Assembly: GCA_963674735.2 (NCBI GenBank)
Contig: CAXXQS010000001.1
Coordinates: 1 to 64,000 of the forward strand
DNA: 64,000 nt
Reading direction: 5' to 3'
Source of the DNA: Myxococcota bacterium
GTDB lineage: Bacteria; Myxococcota_A; SURF-8
Below the pieces are notes generated by a model. The model made no database searches. It was not told the origin of the DNA and saw only the letters and a list, made by a program, of their open reading frames with translations. Position numbers and translations under genes: made by a program. Shown one piece after another: positions 48,328 to 58,117 of the stretch. Every line of letters begins with the position of its first letter. The first letter of the stretch is position 1.

Positions 48328-49631
48328 CACAACTGTCCGGTTAACTGTTGAATAATTCCAGCTGGTTAGTGAAAGGGGCGTATTTCGCTGGGTCGCCGTT
48401 TGCGTTTAGCGCCTGTAAAATGGGGCTTTCCTCGAAAAGCGTGACGCTCAAAATCTGTAGAATCGTCATCAAACTGTGATCGAGATTCAGATCCTTTTTC
48501 AAAATCGCCACCAAAAGATAAACCGTGATCGAAATCCAGATTTGCGTTTTCACTGCATTGACGCTGGTCCCGTAAAACGCCTTGATGCGCAGATTCTGTT
48601 TGATCCATTTGAAAAAGACTTCGATACTCCAACGCAACCGGTAGAGTTCCGGGATTGTTTCCGATGACAGATCGAAGTTGTTGGTGAGCCAGACGAAACG
48701 CGTTTTCGACTCCGGATCGGTGTAATTGATGCGTCGCAGATGATCTGGATAGCGTTTTCTCGAATAATAATCGACAAGTGTGACGGTTTGATCCGATGTT
48801 AAGCCTAGACTTCTATCGATCTTGCGAGAATAAATGCGCTTGGTGCGGGTGTCTTTCCGCCCTCTGAGAATGAAGAACGCCCCTGCCTGATGGATTCGAT
48901 ATATGCGCCTGTAATCGAGGTATCCGCGATCCATAATGTAGAACGCTCCTGCTTCAAACGGCAGGATATCCAGCAGGCGTTTGTCGTGACTTTTGCCGTC
49001 CGTGATGGAAATGAACGTGGGAATCCGTCCGCGTAAATCCATTTGAGTATGCAACCGAAGCGATCCGTATTGGCGCGTAAACTTGGCCCAGGGAAAGAGC
49101 GACAAGCTCAAGTCAATCGCGGTGGTGTCGAGCGCGTAGGCCGTGGCGTCCAGTTCGACCGCCAGTTTTTCGTCGGCGTATAGCGCGCGGGCCCGTCGAA
49201 TAAGGGGCTGAGCGAGATCCGCATAGATACGCCAGTCGCGGTGTTCGTTGGCGTCGGCGAGTGTACTGCGTGATATCTTTCCCCGGATGCCCATGCGGTA
49301 GAGCTTCGGCCCCAACGCACGCAAGGTGGCTTCAATATCCCGCAGGCTTTCACGGTAAGATAACTGCGCGAAAGCCATACAGATGAATTGATCCATGCAT
49401 GAGAAGGTGTGTACACGCTTGTCTCCCTGATAGCGTTTGACACAACGCCGGAAATGACGATCCGGCAGATAATCAAGCGCCTGAGAAAAAACAGTCCGTG
49501 GCATGACGATCTCCTACATCCTGAAGAAAGGTGATGCGGAAAATCTATCGCGGACAGCCGCCAACGCACAATTATATATGTGATATTATGGGGTTACATG
49601 GATTCTGCGCAAAGTTAACCGGACAGCTGTG
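48328..49631 (-). mobile_element. Complete IS4-family element with terminal inverted repeats and 10-bp target duplication
   Basis: IRs cacaactgtccggttaac and gttaaccggacagctgtg (17/18 match); gtctcccgac duplicated at 48318-48327 and 49632-49641. Confidence 0.93.
48341..49504 (-). CDS. IS4 family transposase (DUF4372-type N-terminus plus DDE)
   Basis: QF.CMAFAQL..RESLRDI, SRSTLADAN, LDTT.IDL, MDRGY, Y..RW.IE.FFKWIKQ.L.IK. Confidence 0.95.
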   Translation of the reverse strand: MPRTVFSQALDYLPDRHFRRCVKRYQGDKRVHTFSCMDQFICMAFAQLSYRESLRDIEATLRALGPKLYRMGIRGKISRSTLADANEHRDWRIYADLAQPLIRRARALYADEKLAVELDATAYALDTTAIDLSLSLFPWAKFTRQYGSLRLHTQMDLRGRIPTFISITDGKSHDKRLLDILPFEAGAFYIMDRGYLDYRRIYRIHQAGAFFILRGRKDTRTKRIYSRKIDRSLGLTSDQTVTLVDYYSRKRYPDHLRRINYTDPESKTRFVWLTNNFDLSSETIPELYRLRWSIEVFFKWIKQNLRIKAFYGTSVNAVKTQIWISITVYLLVAILKKDLNLDHSLMTILQILSVTLFEESPILQALNANGDPAKYAPFTNQLELFNS

Positions 49632-49754
49632 GTCTCCCGACCTGAACCTGATGTTTCGTCCCCCGTTCCGCTCTGAGTATGATAGCGCTACGTCTATCGT
49701 GAGGCCGTGACAACCCATGATCATTGAAAGCTGGATGGGTGGCATGGGCTAAGC

Positions 49755-49934
49755 GCAGCTTGCCCATGTGCAGGATCTTCGAACACGGGCAAGCTCCATT
49801 CCATTCCGCTTGGCCCGTGGCACCCGTTACCCAGGCCACCCGCCGCAGCTTGCCCATGTGCAGGATCTTCGAACACGGGCAAGTTCCATTCCATTCCGCT
49901 TGGCCCGTGGCACCCGTTACCCAGGCCACCCGCC
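49755..49934. repeat. Tandem 2x90-bp duplication containing GGGTG(G/C)CA-type palindromes
   Basis: 49755-49844 and 49845-49934 differ at one visible position; related palindromes near 49737, 50127-50205 and 42728. Confidence 0.9.
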
Positions 49935-50286
49935 GTAAAGATAAAGGGGGATTGATGAACAACCTGAAACATTGCCTGGTTTCTTCTGATGAGCCTTTTC
50001 AGCGCGAGCTACGCCAAAGGCAATGTCGTTGGCGTGAGAAAATAGCATTTCCGATAGGTTCGCATAATGGCACGGCGTTTCAATTCTAAGCTTTTCACCA
50101 TTTTCCACCCACTATAATTCGGCTTACGGGGTGCCATGGGCCAAGCCTTTGGCTTGCCCATGCTGTTTTCACGGGCAAACCTGACGGTTTAGCCCGTGCC
50201 ACCCATCACCAATTGAAGATAATTCGAGACTCAATCAGAATTGAAACGCCCTACGCATAATGGAAGACCTCTTGACTTTTACAGTT

Positions 50287-50325
50287 AAAAAAAAACACGA
50301 GCGAATTTGCGTTCGCCCGTGTATC
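50287..50325 (-). terminator. Intrinsic terminator downstream of the RRM gene
   Basis: Minus strand acacgggcgaa-cgcaaa-ttcgctcgtgt followed by a T-run. Confidence 0.75.
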
Positions 50326-50418
50326 TTTAAAATCCAGAGCCTTGAAAAAGCCAGTGCGCCGAAATCGGCGTCAGGCTGCTGTCAGGCTCACCGGAACCTC
50401 TTGAGGTTCCGGCTCCCG

Positions 50419-50706
50419 CTACCAGCGGCCACCGCCACCGCCACCACCATTGTCACGACGGGGCTTGTCCTGAGCGATGTTCACTTTTAGGTTGCGACCG
50501 TCCAGCTCGGTGCCATCTAACGACAAGGCTTTGTCTGCGGCTGATTCTTCGGTGAATGTGACGAAACCGAAACCACGGCTGCGACCGGTTTCACGATCCG
50601 TGATGACCTTTGCCTCTTCGATGGTTCCGAATGAGCTAAAAGCCTTTTCCAACCCGGCGTTATCCGTGCCCCAAGATAAGCCACCAACATAGAGTTTGTT
50701 CTGCAT
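50419..50706 (-). CDS. RRM RNA-binding protein with Gly-rich tail
   Basis: RNP2 LYVGGL, RNP1 RGFGFVTF, DRETGRS; RBS GAAAGGA. Confidence 0.95.
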   Translation of the reverse strand: MQNKLYVGGLSWGTDNAGLEKAFSSFGTIEEAKVITDRETGRSRGFGFVTFTEESAADKALSLDGTELDGRNLKVNIAQDKPRRDNGGGGGGGRW

Positions 50707-51078
50707 CGTATTTGTCCTTTCAGTATAAACCCATGGTTTCGGGAACATTCCCGTAAAGGCGATGAGCACAAAAATCGGAGAATGTTATCTTGAAGTGGAA
50801 CATCGTAAAGACATTGAAGAGAACATGGCCGGTATTTATTTTCGTCACCAAAACCCAGAAATTATCCTACACGTAGGTGAAATGGAATGCAAGATAATAA
50901 AAAATAACGACAAATTTATGGATTTTGCTTCAAAACCTGCAGCGGGGGGCCGTGACTCGAAAATATCAACCATGACGGGGGGCTCTCTTATAGATAGAGA
51001 TGTCACCCATTATGATCGGTCGCCTGGCTTGAAGATGGAAATGATTGGAATATCAGGAGTCTTTCAGCCAACAACCCT

Positions 51079-51106
51079 GTAGATCGGGCAAACTTCTTGC
51101 CCGACA
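51079..51106 (+). repeat. GTAG REP-like palindrome
   Basis: gtagatcgggcaa-acttc-ttgcccgaca. Confidence 0.65.
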
Positions 51107-51159
51107 ATTCTTCATTCCGTTTCGCCCGTGTCACCCGTTGTCCGGGCCACGCGCGGCGC

Positions 51160-52800
51160 TTAATCCATTGCAGACGGGCTGATTTCAACCCGTTGTTCGG
51201 TTAGGGAGTCCGACGGCGCATCAGCGGCGGAATCGAATACCAGCAGCACACCCAGATCCTCGATATACTCATACCGACCGAAGGCCAGCGTTACGCTCGG
51301 AGCCTGGGGGTAATGCCGCTTGGGCAGCCGAATGACCGTCGGTTGGGTTTGCTCCGCATCCACCCGGTAGCTGTAGCTGAGGTGCTTGTCCACCGGAGAG
51401 TAGCTGAAGGCAATCGCTTCGCCATTTGTAAACTCGGGGTAGGGCCGGGCCACGGCATCCGCTCGGGGAACGCGCTCCGTCCAGTCGCTGTTGACGAAGG
51501 AGCAATCTTCTTGGTTCCAATAGTCGGTGCTTACCTCGTGGGTCCAAACCGTGGCGTGCATCAACTCGGTGTCCAGTGACGCATAGAGATCATCGAAAAA
51601 CCAACCGGCGTTGCCGTCGTCTCCGGGATCGTCCTGCGAGCCCCGAAAGCCGAACTCGCTGAGCAAGGCGGGGACACCCAGTTCGGTTGCCCGGGCGCTG
51701 CGCTCGGCCAGGGCGTCGGCGATTTCCTCGGCGTCGCCATTGTATTCACCCAGGACAAACTGCATCGGATAGTAGTAATGCGGGGAGAGGATGTAGTTGG
51801 CGATTCCCTCGATGGTCCAGCTTTCTTCGCTTTCGCTCTGACCGGCTTCCAGCCCGCTGGGTTCGAGAAACATAATGAAGTGCGGTGCTTGTTCGCGGAT
51901 GCGCGCGCTCAGTGTCGTGTAAAAAGGAATGAGCTTCGTCGTGTGCCACAGCGCCAGATCCTCTTTGCCGTCGGCGCCGGGATTGGGCTCGTTCATCAGG
52001 TCGATGCCAAGCAGGTTCGGGGCATCCGCAAAGCGGGCGGCAACGGCCTCGACCATGGCGATATAGGCGTCCTGGATGCCGTCGCCGTTTGACCAGAAGC
52101 GATCGAAGGTACCCAGAACGGTTTCATCCGAGAAGACTTTCATGAACCAGCTGGTGTCATCCAGTGGCGGCGCTTCGGCGGGCGGATTTTCGAGCGCCCA
52201 GGCGGGAGCGCCGGAGCCGCCCAGGTAGCGGCTGAAGAGATCCTGGTGGAAATCCAAAAACACATACATGCCGCGTTGCGCCGCCGCCTCGATCTGGCTT
52301 TCGATGAAGTCCAGATAGTGTTCGTCGTAAGTCCCTCGCTCGGGTTCGACGGCCTCCCAGAAGACGGTCAGGCGGATGCAGTTCATCGCCCAGTCTGCGG
52401 GAAAGTCCATATAGCGTTCGTGTTCGTCAAGGAAGTCGGGCGCCTCCGGATCCCCCTGCCAGGGAATGTGCGGCGGAATCTTCGCACGACCGCCGATGTT
52501 GATGCCGCGCAGAAGGACGGTTCGCCCGCTCGCATCGACGATATCCAGGCCTTCGACGTGCAGGCGAGGAAACTCCCAGCCGGTCATCGAGGGGGGGGTG
52601 TCGCCATCGTCATCGCTATCGCCGTCGCCGTCGCTTTCAGGCGTATCTTGGTCGCCATCCGTCACGTCGTCCCGGTCGCCGTCGCTTGACGGACTCGACT
52701 CTCCTTCGTCGCATCCCGCCATCAATACGAGAGAGAGAAGAAGGAAGATAAAGAATAGGGTCACCCTTGTTAAAGAAGCAGAATGGGTGGATGTACGCAT
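51160..52800 (-). CDS. GH5 glycoside hydrolase lipoprotein (endoglycoceramidase-like)
   Basis: GR.VLLRG.N, RL...WEAVEP.RG.YD, LDFHQD..SR, G.GAP.W, acid/base NEP, PHYY, nucleophile SEFG, RPYP; lipobox MAGC. Confidence 0.9.
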   Translation of the reverse strand: MRTSTHSASLTRVTLFFIFLLLSLVLMAGCDEGESSPSSDGDRDDVTDGDQDTPESDGDGDSDDDGDTPPSMTGWEFPRLHVEGLDIVDASGRTVLLRGINIGGRAKIPPHIPWQGDPEAPDFLDEHERYMDFPADWAMNCIRLTVFWEAVEPERGTYDEHYLDFIESQIEAAAQRGMYVFLDFHQDLFSRYLGGSGAPAWALENPPAEAPPLDDTSWFMKVFSDETVLGTFDRFWSNGDGIQDAYIAMVEAVAARFADAPNLLGIDLMNEPNPGADGKEDLALWHTTKLIPFYTTLSARIREQAPHFIMFLEPSGLEAGQSESEESWTIEGIANYILSPHYYYPMQFVLGEYNGDAEEIADALAERSARATELGVPALLSEFGFRGSQDDPGDDGNAGWFFDDLYASLDTELMHATVWTHEVSTDYWNQEDCSFVNSDWTERVPRADAVARPYPEFTNGEAIAFSYSPVDKHLSYSYRVDAEQTQPTVIRLPKRHYPQAPSVTLAFGRYEYIEDLGVLLVFDSAADAPSDSLTEQRVEISPSAMD

Positions 52801-53063
52801 TTGTTTTGTCCCGAGTGCAAGGGGAAACATCGTGAACGCCCGGTATTGAAAAGCCATTCAAACCTGTAAACAGGGCGATTCTTCCAAGCTTATACCTCGA
52901 TAAGGTCGTCGCTTAATCAGTGATAGCATACGCACCTGTTGTGTCAACATGAAAGTAGGAAGCACGATCTTCCCCTGGCATTCGGAATGGCACCGTGTTC
53001 TGGTGTCCTTCTGCGGCCATGTCGGGACTGCCCGATTGGCGGCTCGTCCAGAGGCGAGAGCAT

Positions 53064-53097
53064 AAAATAAAAAGCCGGAAGGACAAACCTTCCGGCA
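53064..53097 (-). terminator. Intrinsic terminator
   Basis: Minus strand gccggaagg-tttgt-ccttccggc followed by ttttatttt. Confidence 0.8.
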
Positions 53098-53121
53098 CAG
53101 TGTTTATCCGTCTCGGGCCGC

Positions 53122-53964
53122 TTATTTCCAGCCTTCGACCAGTTCCAGGCTCATGAATCCCGGCGGATCCGTCCAACTGACGATGCGGTGTTCCGGGTGT
53201 GCGTAGATGGTCACTACAAGGTCGTCGCCCAGAAACTCGCCGCTCACCGCAATCTTGACTTCCATGCAGCCGCTGAGTGTCCCGTATGGGACGGTGACAT
53301 CCGCATTGAAATCCGTCACGGTCACGGCATAGGTTACATCCATAGGATCCCCGCCGAACATGCTGATCTCGCCGTCATAGACGGTCTCGACATCCAGGGC
53401 CGTATCCAGGCGGAAGGTGATGGGTGTATCGAAGCTTTCGGTAAAGCCGCTGCCGTCCTTATTGTAGCTGGCGACGCCCTTCACTTCCACAACCCATGGG
53501 GCCGTCTCGTTGATGTAGATCGCCACGCCGGTGTGGTCGGGTTCCGGTTCGCCGATGACGATGCGGGTCCAGGTTCCGCCTTCATATTCCACGTCGTATT
53601 CCAAATGCGTCTGCAGATCTTCGGCTTCGCCGCCGTAGGGCGTAGAGCGGTAAACGGCGGACTCATTCTCATCAGGGAAGAAGTCCTGCCATCCCACCTG
53701 CCAATGGGGATGTATATCGGGGTCGTCACCGTCCGGGTCATCGCCATCCGGGTCATCGCCATCGGGGTCATCGCCATCCGGGTCATCGCCATCGGGGTCG
53801 TCGCCATCGGGGTCATCGCCATCGGGGTCGTCGCCATCGGGGTCGTCGCCGTCCGGGGTGTCGCCGTCGCTGGAGTCATCATTGTCGCTGCTGCAGGCGC
53901 CAAGACTCACGATCAGAGTCAGAACGAGTAACAGTGAGATTACGATCATTCGCGAAAAGCGCAT
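53122..53964 (-). CDS. Lipoprotein with (DGDDP)n linker and a beta-rich domain
   Basis: Lipobox LGAC; C-terminal domain contains the VTVPYGT..GC motif. Confidence 0.82.
   Translation of the reverse strand: MRFSRMIVISLLLVLTLIVSLGACSSDNDDSSDGDTPDGDDPDGDDPDGDDPDGDDPDGDDPDGDDPDGDDPDGDDPDGDDPDIHPHWQVGWQDFFPDENESAVYRSTPYGGEAEDLQTHLEYDVEYEGGTWTRIVIGEPEPDHTGVAIYINETAPWVVEVKGVASYNKDGSGFTESFDTPITFRLDTALDVETVYDGEISMFGGDPMDVTYAVTVTDFNADVTVPYGTLSGCMEVKIAVSGEFLGDDLVVTIYAHPEHRIVSWTDPPGFMSLELVEGWK
53719..53868 (-). repeat. 15-bp coding tandem repeat, 10 units (DGDTP plus 9 DGDDP)
   Basis: Units of the form gggtcatcgccatc(c/g) are directly visible. Confidence 0.92.
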
Positions 53965-54240
53965 TTCCACTTTCTCCATTATTAGTTGTGTGAAAAATCC
54001 CTGCGCAATCAGTGCCATCCGGAGAATGAAAAGTCAAGCACATTGCATCGGCCCAAAGCCTTCAGCCCATCAAAATCGGTGTTTTGCGTGCGGGTGTTGG
54101 ATCATCGCTGCGTTGTCTCCTGCCGTCTCGATCACGATTGAAGACGGCAGCTCTCTTCGAAAGCTTGACTCAAGCACGATCCCATGCATAGTGGGATGGA
54201 CAAGGGAAAACTCAGATCCGTACGCACGGGATAGCACAGG

Positions 54241-54921
54241 ATGACAAGCCGGAAATTCAGAGAAAGAAGAGCCTGCGTTTATGTTTGGGCGGTGTTCTGG
54301 CTATTGGCAACACTGATGGCGATGGCCGCCCTGACACCGTGGGACTTGGAGATTGCGTGGTCATTCAAGGATTCCTGGTCGTCGTCCTTTGGCGAATTTG
54401 TGCAGGACTGGGGGCGCAAGCCGGTTAGCCTGCTGGTGATCGGCGCGGCCTTCCTGCTGACTTCCAAACGCCACCGTATACAATACCCGAACCTGAGCCG
54501 CGCTTCCGCGGCCTTGCTCGTTCAGCTCGTCGTGCATCCGGCTTTGTTGACAAACGCAATCAAGCTTTTGGCGGGGCGGGTCCGGCCGGTGCATCTGGAT
54601 GCGGCCGCGGAAAACTATCGCCCGTTCTTCCACTGGAGCCCCGGCGTGGGAGACTTCTCGTTTCCATCGGGACATGTTGCCGTCGTGATGGTCCTCGTTC
54701 CCTGCGTGATCCAGCTTTTCCTGCTCCGCCGACGCTTCGCCGGCTGGTTGCTCGGATTGGTTTTGGCTGTGTGGGTGGCTGCGGTTGCCTATGGACGGGT
54801 CATGTATGGAGCCCATTACCTCACCGATGTGGTTTTCTCAATCGGCGTCGGCATGGCGTTGGGGCCGGTCTCTCTGACGCTGGCCGACCGTTTTTTCAAG
54901 CGGAAGGAATCGTCCCCCTGA
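54241..54921 (+). CDS. PAP2 family phosphatase
   Basis: C1 K....R.RP, C2 SFPSGH, C3 R...GAHYLTDV; several TMs. Confidence 0.93.
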   Translation: MTSRKFRERRACVYVWAVFWLLATLMAMAALTPWDLEIAWSFKDSWSSSFGEFVQDWGRKPVSLLVIGAAFLLTSKRHRIQYPNLSRASAALLVQLVVHPALLTNAIKLLAGRVRPVHLDAAAENYRPFFHWSPGVGDFSFPSGHVAVVMVLVPCVIQLFLLRRRFAGWLLGLVLAVWVAAVAYGRVMYGAHYLTDVVFSIGVGMALGPVSLTLADRFFKRKESSP

Positions 54922-55279
54922 TGCTGGGGTAATCTTCAATCTGTCGTTTAGCCCGGAAGATCGATTAGAAGCCTTGCCGTTCACAAAAAGCCGGGTAGCA
55001 TTCGTTGCATAAGCCCTCCCGTCGTAGTCGGTCAGGCAAATGTCTTGCCCGACGCATCATTTGTCGGGTCAACTGGACCCGGCCTAGCTTTAACAGTCGT
55101 GTTGGATTTGACTCAATTCGGGGTCGGCTGAATACGAGCCGAACGTTGCTGTAAATCGCTTTGGTTGACAAAGCGTGGAATGATGGCATATGTTGAAAAA
55201 CATATTGACGTGCTATCCAAATACCATGCATGAAAACGCGAGCGAGCGGGGCTTGTTCCGTTTGATGGAGGTCGTAACG

Positions 55280-57112
55280 ATGAGTTGTATCAAATCGTTG
55301 AATGTTTTCGTTGTTTTGCTTTCTTGCCTCGGAGTTATTTATGCCTGCGGGGAGAGTGAATCGACTTCCGGAGCGGATGGCGATGGCGATTCGATCGAAA
55401 GTGACGGCGACGGCGATTCCGAAACCGACGGCGTGGAGGACGTTCCGCTGCCGGTGTTGTCGGTCAATGTCGAGTCGTCTTCGGGCGACGCGGATGACGA
55501 AAAGCGATTTTCGGTTACGGTGCGTAATGAAGGGGACGTGCCTGCCTATAACGTGCGCGTGACACCCGAGTCGGAGGCGGCCATCGCGTTCGGCGGAGCC
55601 TTTTCCGAGTCTACGATTCTCGATACTTACGACGGCGAGCAGGGCCGGGCTTGGCTGGAAAAACGCGGCGGCCTGCTTTTCGTCCACATCTCCGGCGATC
55701 ACTATCAGATGGGCTTTCAGCATGGAGTGCTCTTGGGCGAGGCGCTGCTGCCCGTATTCAACGGACTCGTGACCACCACGGCCATGGAACTGGGATTCGG
55801 TTCCCTCGAAACCGGGTTGGGCTGGCTGGAGGAAATGAAGGAGGCGATGGAGCCTTACACCCCGGCCAAGTATATCGAGGAAATGCACGGCATCGCCGAC
55901 GGAGCGGCGACGGTGGGCTGTCCGCTGGATTTCGACGATATCTTCATGTTGAATCTGATCATCGATGCCGGTTTAGTGCTGTACAAGCTGGCCCCGGTAA
56001 CGGGGATGGACGTTACCGTCCCCTACGATCTCGAATACGGTCCCGACTGCAGCGGCTTCACCGTGTGGGGTGGCAGCACGCAGGATGGCGAGATGATCAG
56101 TGCGGCCATTCAGGAGTACAAACCCTACCGTATCGACGCCTTCGGCGGAACGGAGGTGACGGCCCTCTATCGCGGACTGCTATTGGTCGGGCGCCCCACG
56201 GAAGGCTACAACTTCCTGGTTCCCACGGTTCCGGGCATGGTCGGCATCGCCCAGGGCCTGAACGCCGCCGGGATCTCGACCAGCTCGAAGGGCAGCAACT
56301 CCATTCATGCCACCATGTGCGGCTGCGCCATCAGCTTTGAATCGCGCGAGATCGCCCAGTATGCGGGTAACATCGACGACGCCATCGATTTTCTGGCCGG
56401 ACCGCACGCACGCGCACGCGGACACAATCGCCAGGTGGACGACAGCGCGGCGGGGCGTTCGGTCGTGCTCGAAGTCAGTGCCTCCGAGTTGGCTCTGCGC
56501 GAAGGAAACCTGGATGACGCCGTGATCGCCGCGAATCATTTCCGCGCCTGGCCGGGATTCGAGGGCTACCCGGACGACGGCCATAATATGGTGCTGGGCC
56601 AGTTCGCGTTCGGAAGTTGGGGCTATAAAACGGCCGACATCGAAACGCGGGAAGACTGGGAGGCGATTCTGGAAGAGAAGGCGACGCGCTACAACTTCTA
56701 CGCGTCGGTCATCGGAGAAAACGACGGAAACATCGATACGGAGTTGGCCAAGGAGTGGCTCAGTCGCAATCGCGGCGACGGCCATTATGCCGCCGCCGAG
56801 TGGTCGGAGATTTTCAGCGATGCCGCCCTGTACAAAACCGAAGAGCGCGGCGACATTCACAGCACCGGCGAACTGGGGCCGTCGCATCGCAGCGTGATGC
56901 TGCCCGCCCGGCGTTCCGCCTGGATCAGTTGGGGATTGGAAGATCTGGAGAATCTCGGCCCCTGGGTGTTCGTCAACCTGGAAATTCCCCCCGGTGGCGA
57001 GGTTGTCTTCGAAATTACCGCGACTTCCGATGCCGCGTGGTCGGGGAGTTCGGTCCATTTCGTCGCCGACTGCGATCAGGGCGTAAGCGGGCAGGCGGAT
57101 TTATCTTTGTAA
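55280..57112 (+). CDS. C45/Ntn-hydrolase family lipoprotein
   Basis: Lipobox IYAC, G..YQMG.QHG.LL, EEM.GIADG, autoprocessing DCSGF, GLNAAG, ANHF. Confidence 0.82.
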   Translation: MSCIKSLNVFVVLLSCLGVIYACGESESTSGADGDGDSIESDGDGDSETDGVEDVPLPVLSVNVESSSGDADDEKRFSVTVRNEGDVPAYNVRVTPESEAAIAFGGAFSESTILDTYDGEQGRAWLEKRGGLLFVHISGDHYQMGFQHGVLLGEALLPVFNGLVTTTAMELGFGSLETGLGWLEEMKEAMEPYTPAKYIEEMHGIADGAATVGCPLDFDDIFMLNLIIDAGLVLYKLAPVTGMDVTVPYDLEYGPDCSGFTVWGGSTQDGEMISAAIQEYKPYRIDAFGGTEVTALYRGLLLVGRPTEGYNFLVPTVPGMVGIAQGLNAAGISTSSKGSNSIHATMCGCAISFESREIAQYAGNIDDAIDFLAGPHARARGHNRQVDDSAAGRSVVLEVSASELALREGNLDDAVIAANHFRAWPGFEGYPDDGHNMVLGQFAFGSWGYKTADIETREDWEAILEEKATRYNFYASVIGENDGNIDTELAKEWLSRNRGDGHYAAAEWSEIFSDAALYKTEERGDIHSTGELGPSHRSVMLPARRSAWISWGLEDLENLGPWVFVNLEIPPGGEVVFEITATSDAAWSGSSVHFVADCDQGVSGQADLSL

Positions 57113-57213
57113 AAAAGCATCCGCCCAAGATTCTTCCCCCTTTGTCAAAAAGGGTTGGAATCATGGGCGGTGTTATCCTGCGGTTGCCGGTAAGCGGGTT
57201 TCGATTGTCTGGA

Positions 57214-57897
57214 CTAATCGGTTTCCAGGGCTTTGATGCGGAAAAGTATACCCGCGACTAGACCGGCCAGACTGGGGACGATTAGAAACAGCCACAGTTG
57301 CGACAGCGCTTTACCACCGACAAAGATCGCCGGTCCCAAACTGCGGGCCGGGTTGACCGATACGCCGGTTATCTGAATACCGACGATGTGAATGACAACG
57401 AGAGTCAAGCCGATGGCCAAACCGGCGAGCATGCCGGGAGCACTTTTCTGAGTCGAGCCGAGGATGGCAACCAGAAACAAAAAGGTCGCCACAAACTCGA
57501 ACAGCAGTGCCGATGCCAGTCCGTATTCTCCCAGATAACCCGGTCCCCATCCGTTTTGCCCAAGACCGGAGGCCACCACATCGTATCCGGCCAATCGGCC
57601 GCTGACGATGCCGTATAGGACGGCCGCCCCGAGGATGCCGCCGAGACATTGTGCGACAATGTAGCCGCCTAGGTCTTTTCCTCCCATGCGGCCAGCGGCA
57701 AAGACGCCGAGGCTGACGGCAGGGTTGATGTGGCAGCCGGAAATCGGTCCGATGCCGTAAGCCATGGCGATCAATGCCAAGCCGAACGCAAAGGCGATGC
57801 CCAGTACGCCGACCTGTTCACCGGCGATGACTGCCGACCCGCATCCCAACAGAACCAAGGTGAATGTTCCGATACACTCTGCCAAGTACTTTTTCAT
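57214..57897 (-). CDS. aqpZ: Aquaporin Z
   Basis: AE..GTF.LV..GCGSA, ISGCHINPAVS, SVNPARS.GPA, QLWLF. Confidence 0.93.
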   Translation of the reverse strand: MKKYLAECIGTFTLVLLGCGSAVIAGEQVGVLGIAFAFGLALIAMAYGIGPISGCHINPAVSLGVFAAGRMGGKDLGGYIVAQCLGGILGAAVLYGIVSGRLAGYDVVASGLGQNGWGPGYLGEYGLASALLFEFVATFLFLVAILGSTQKSAPGMLAGLAIGLTLVVIHIVGIQITGVSVNPARSLGPAIFVGGKALSQLWLFLIVPSLAGLVAGILFRIKALETD

Positions 57898-58117
57898 AGT
57901 CTAAGCCCTCCTTAGAAAACGAGGTTGCACTCATCGTCCGTTTTTACCGCGTAGTCCCCAACCGAAATGATGTGAAGCACTGTGAAATTATAATCTTTTC
58001 TCTGCCTGGAAACAATGCAAAACTCGGCCAAGCTCTCGCGATCAATGTATCGGAAAACGGGCCGGGCGAGTTTTTCGCCCGACCGAGTGGATTATGATTG
58101 AATTACACCGTAATGGC

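Noticed and set aside
49755-49934. Mini CRISPR array
   Set aside because: Only two head-to-tail 90-bp units with no distinct spacer; explained by REP duplication.
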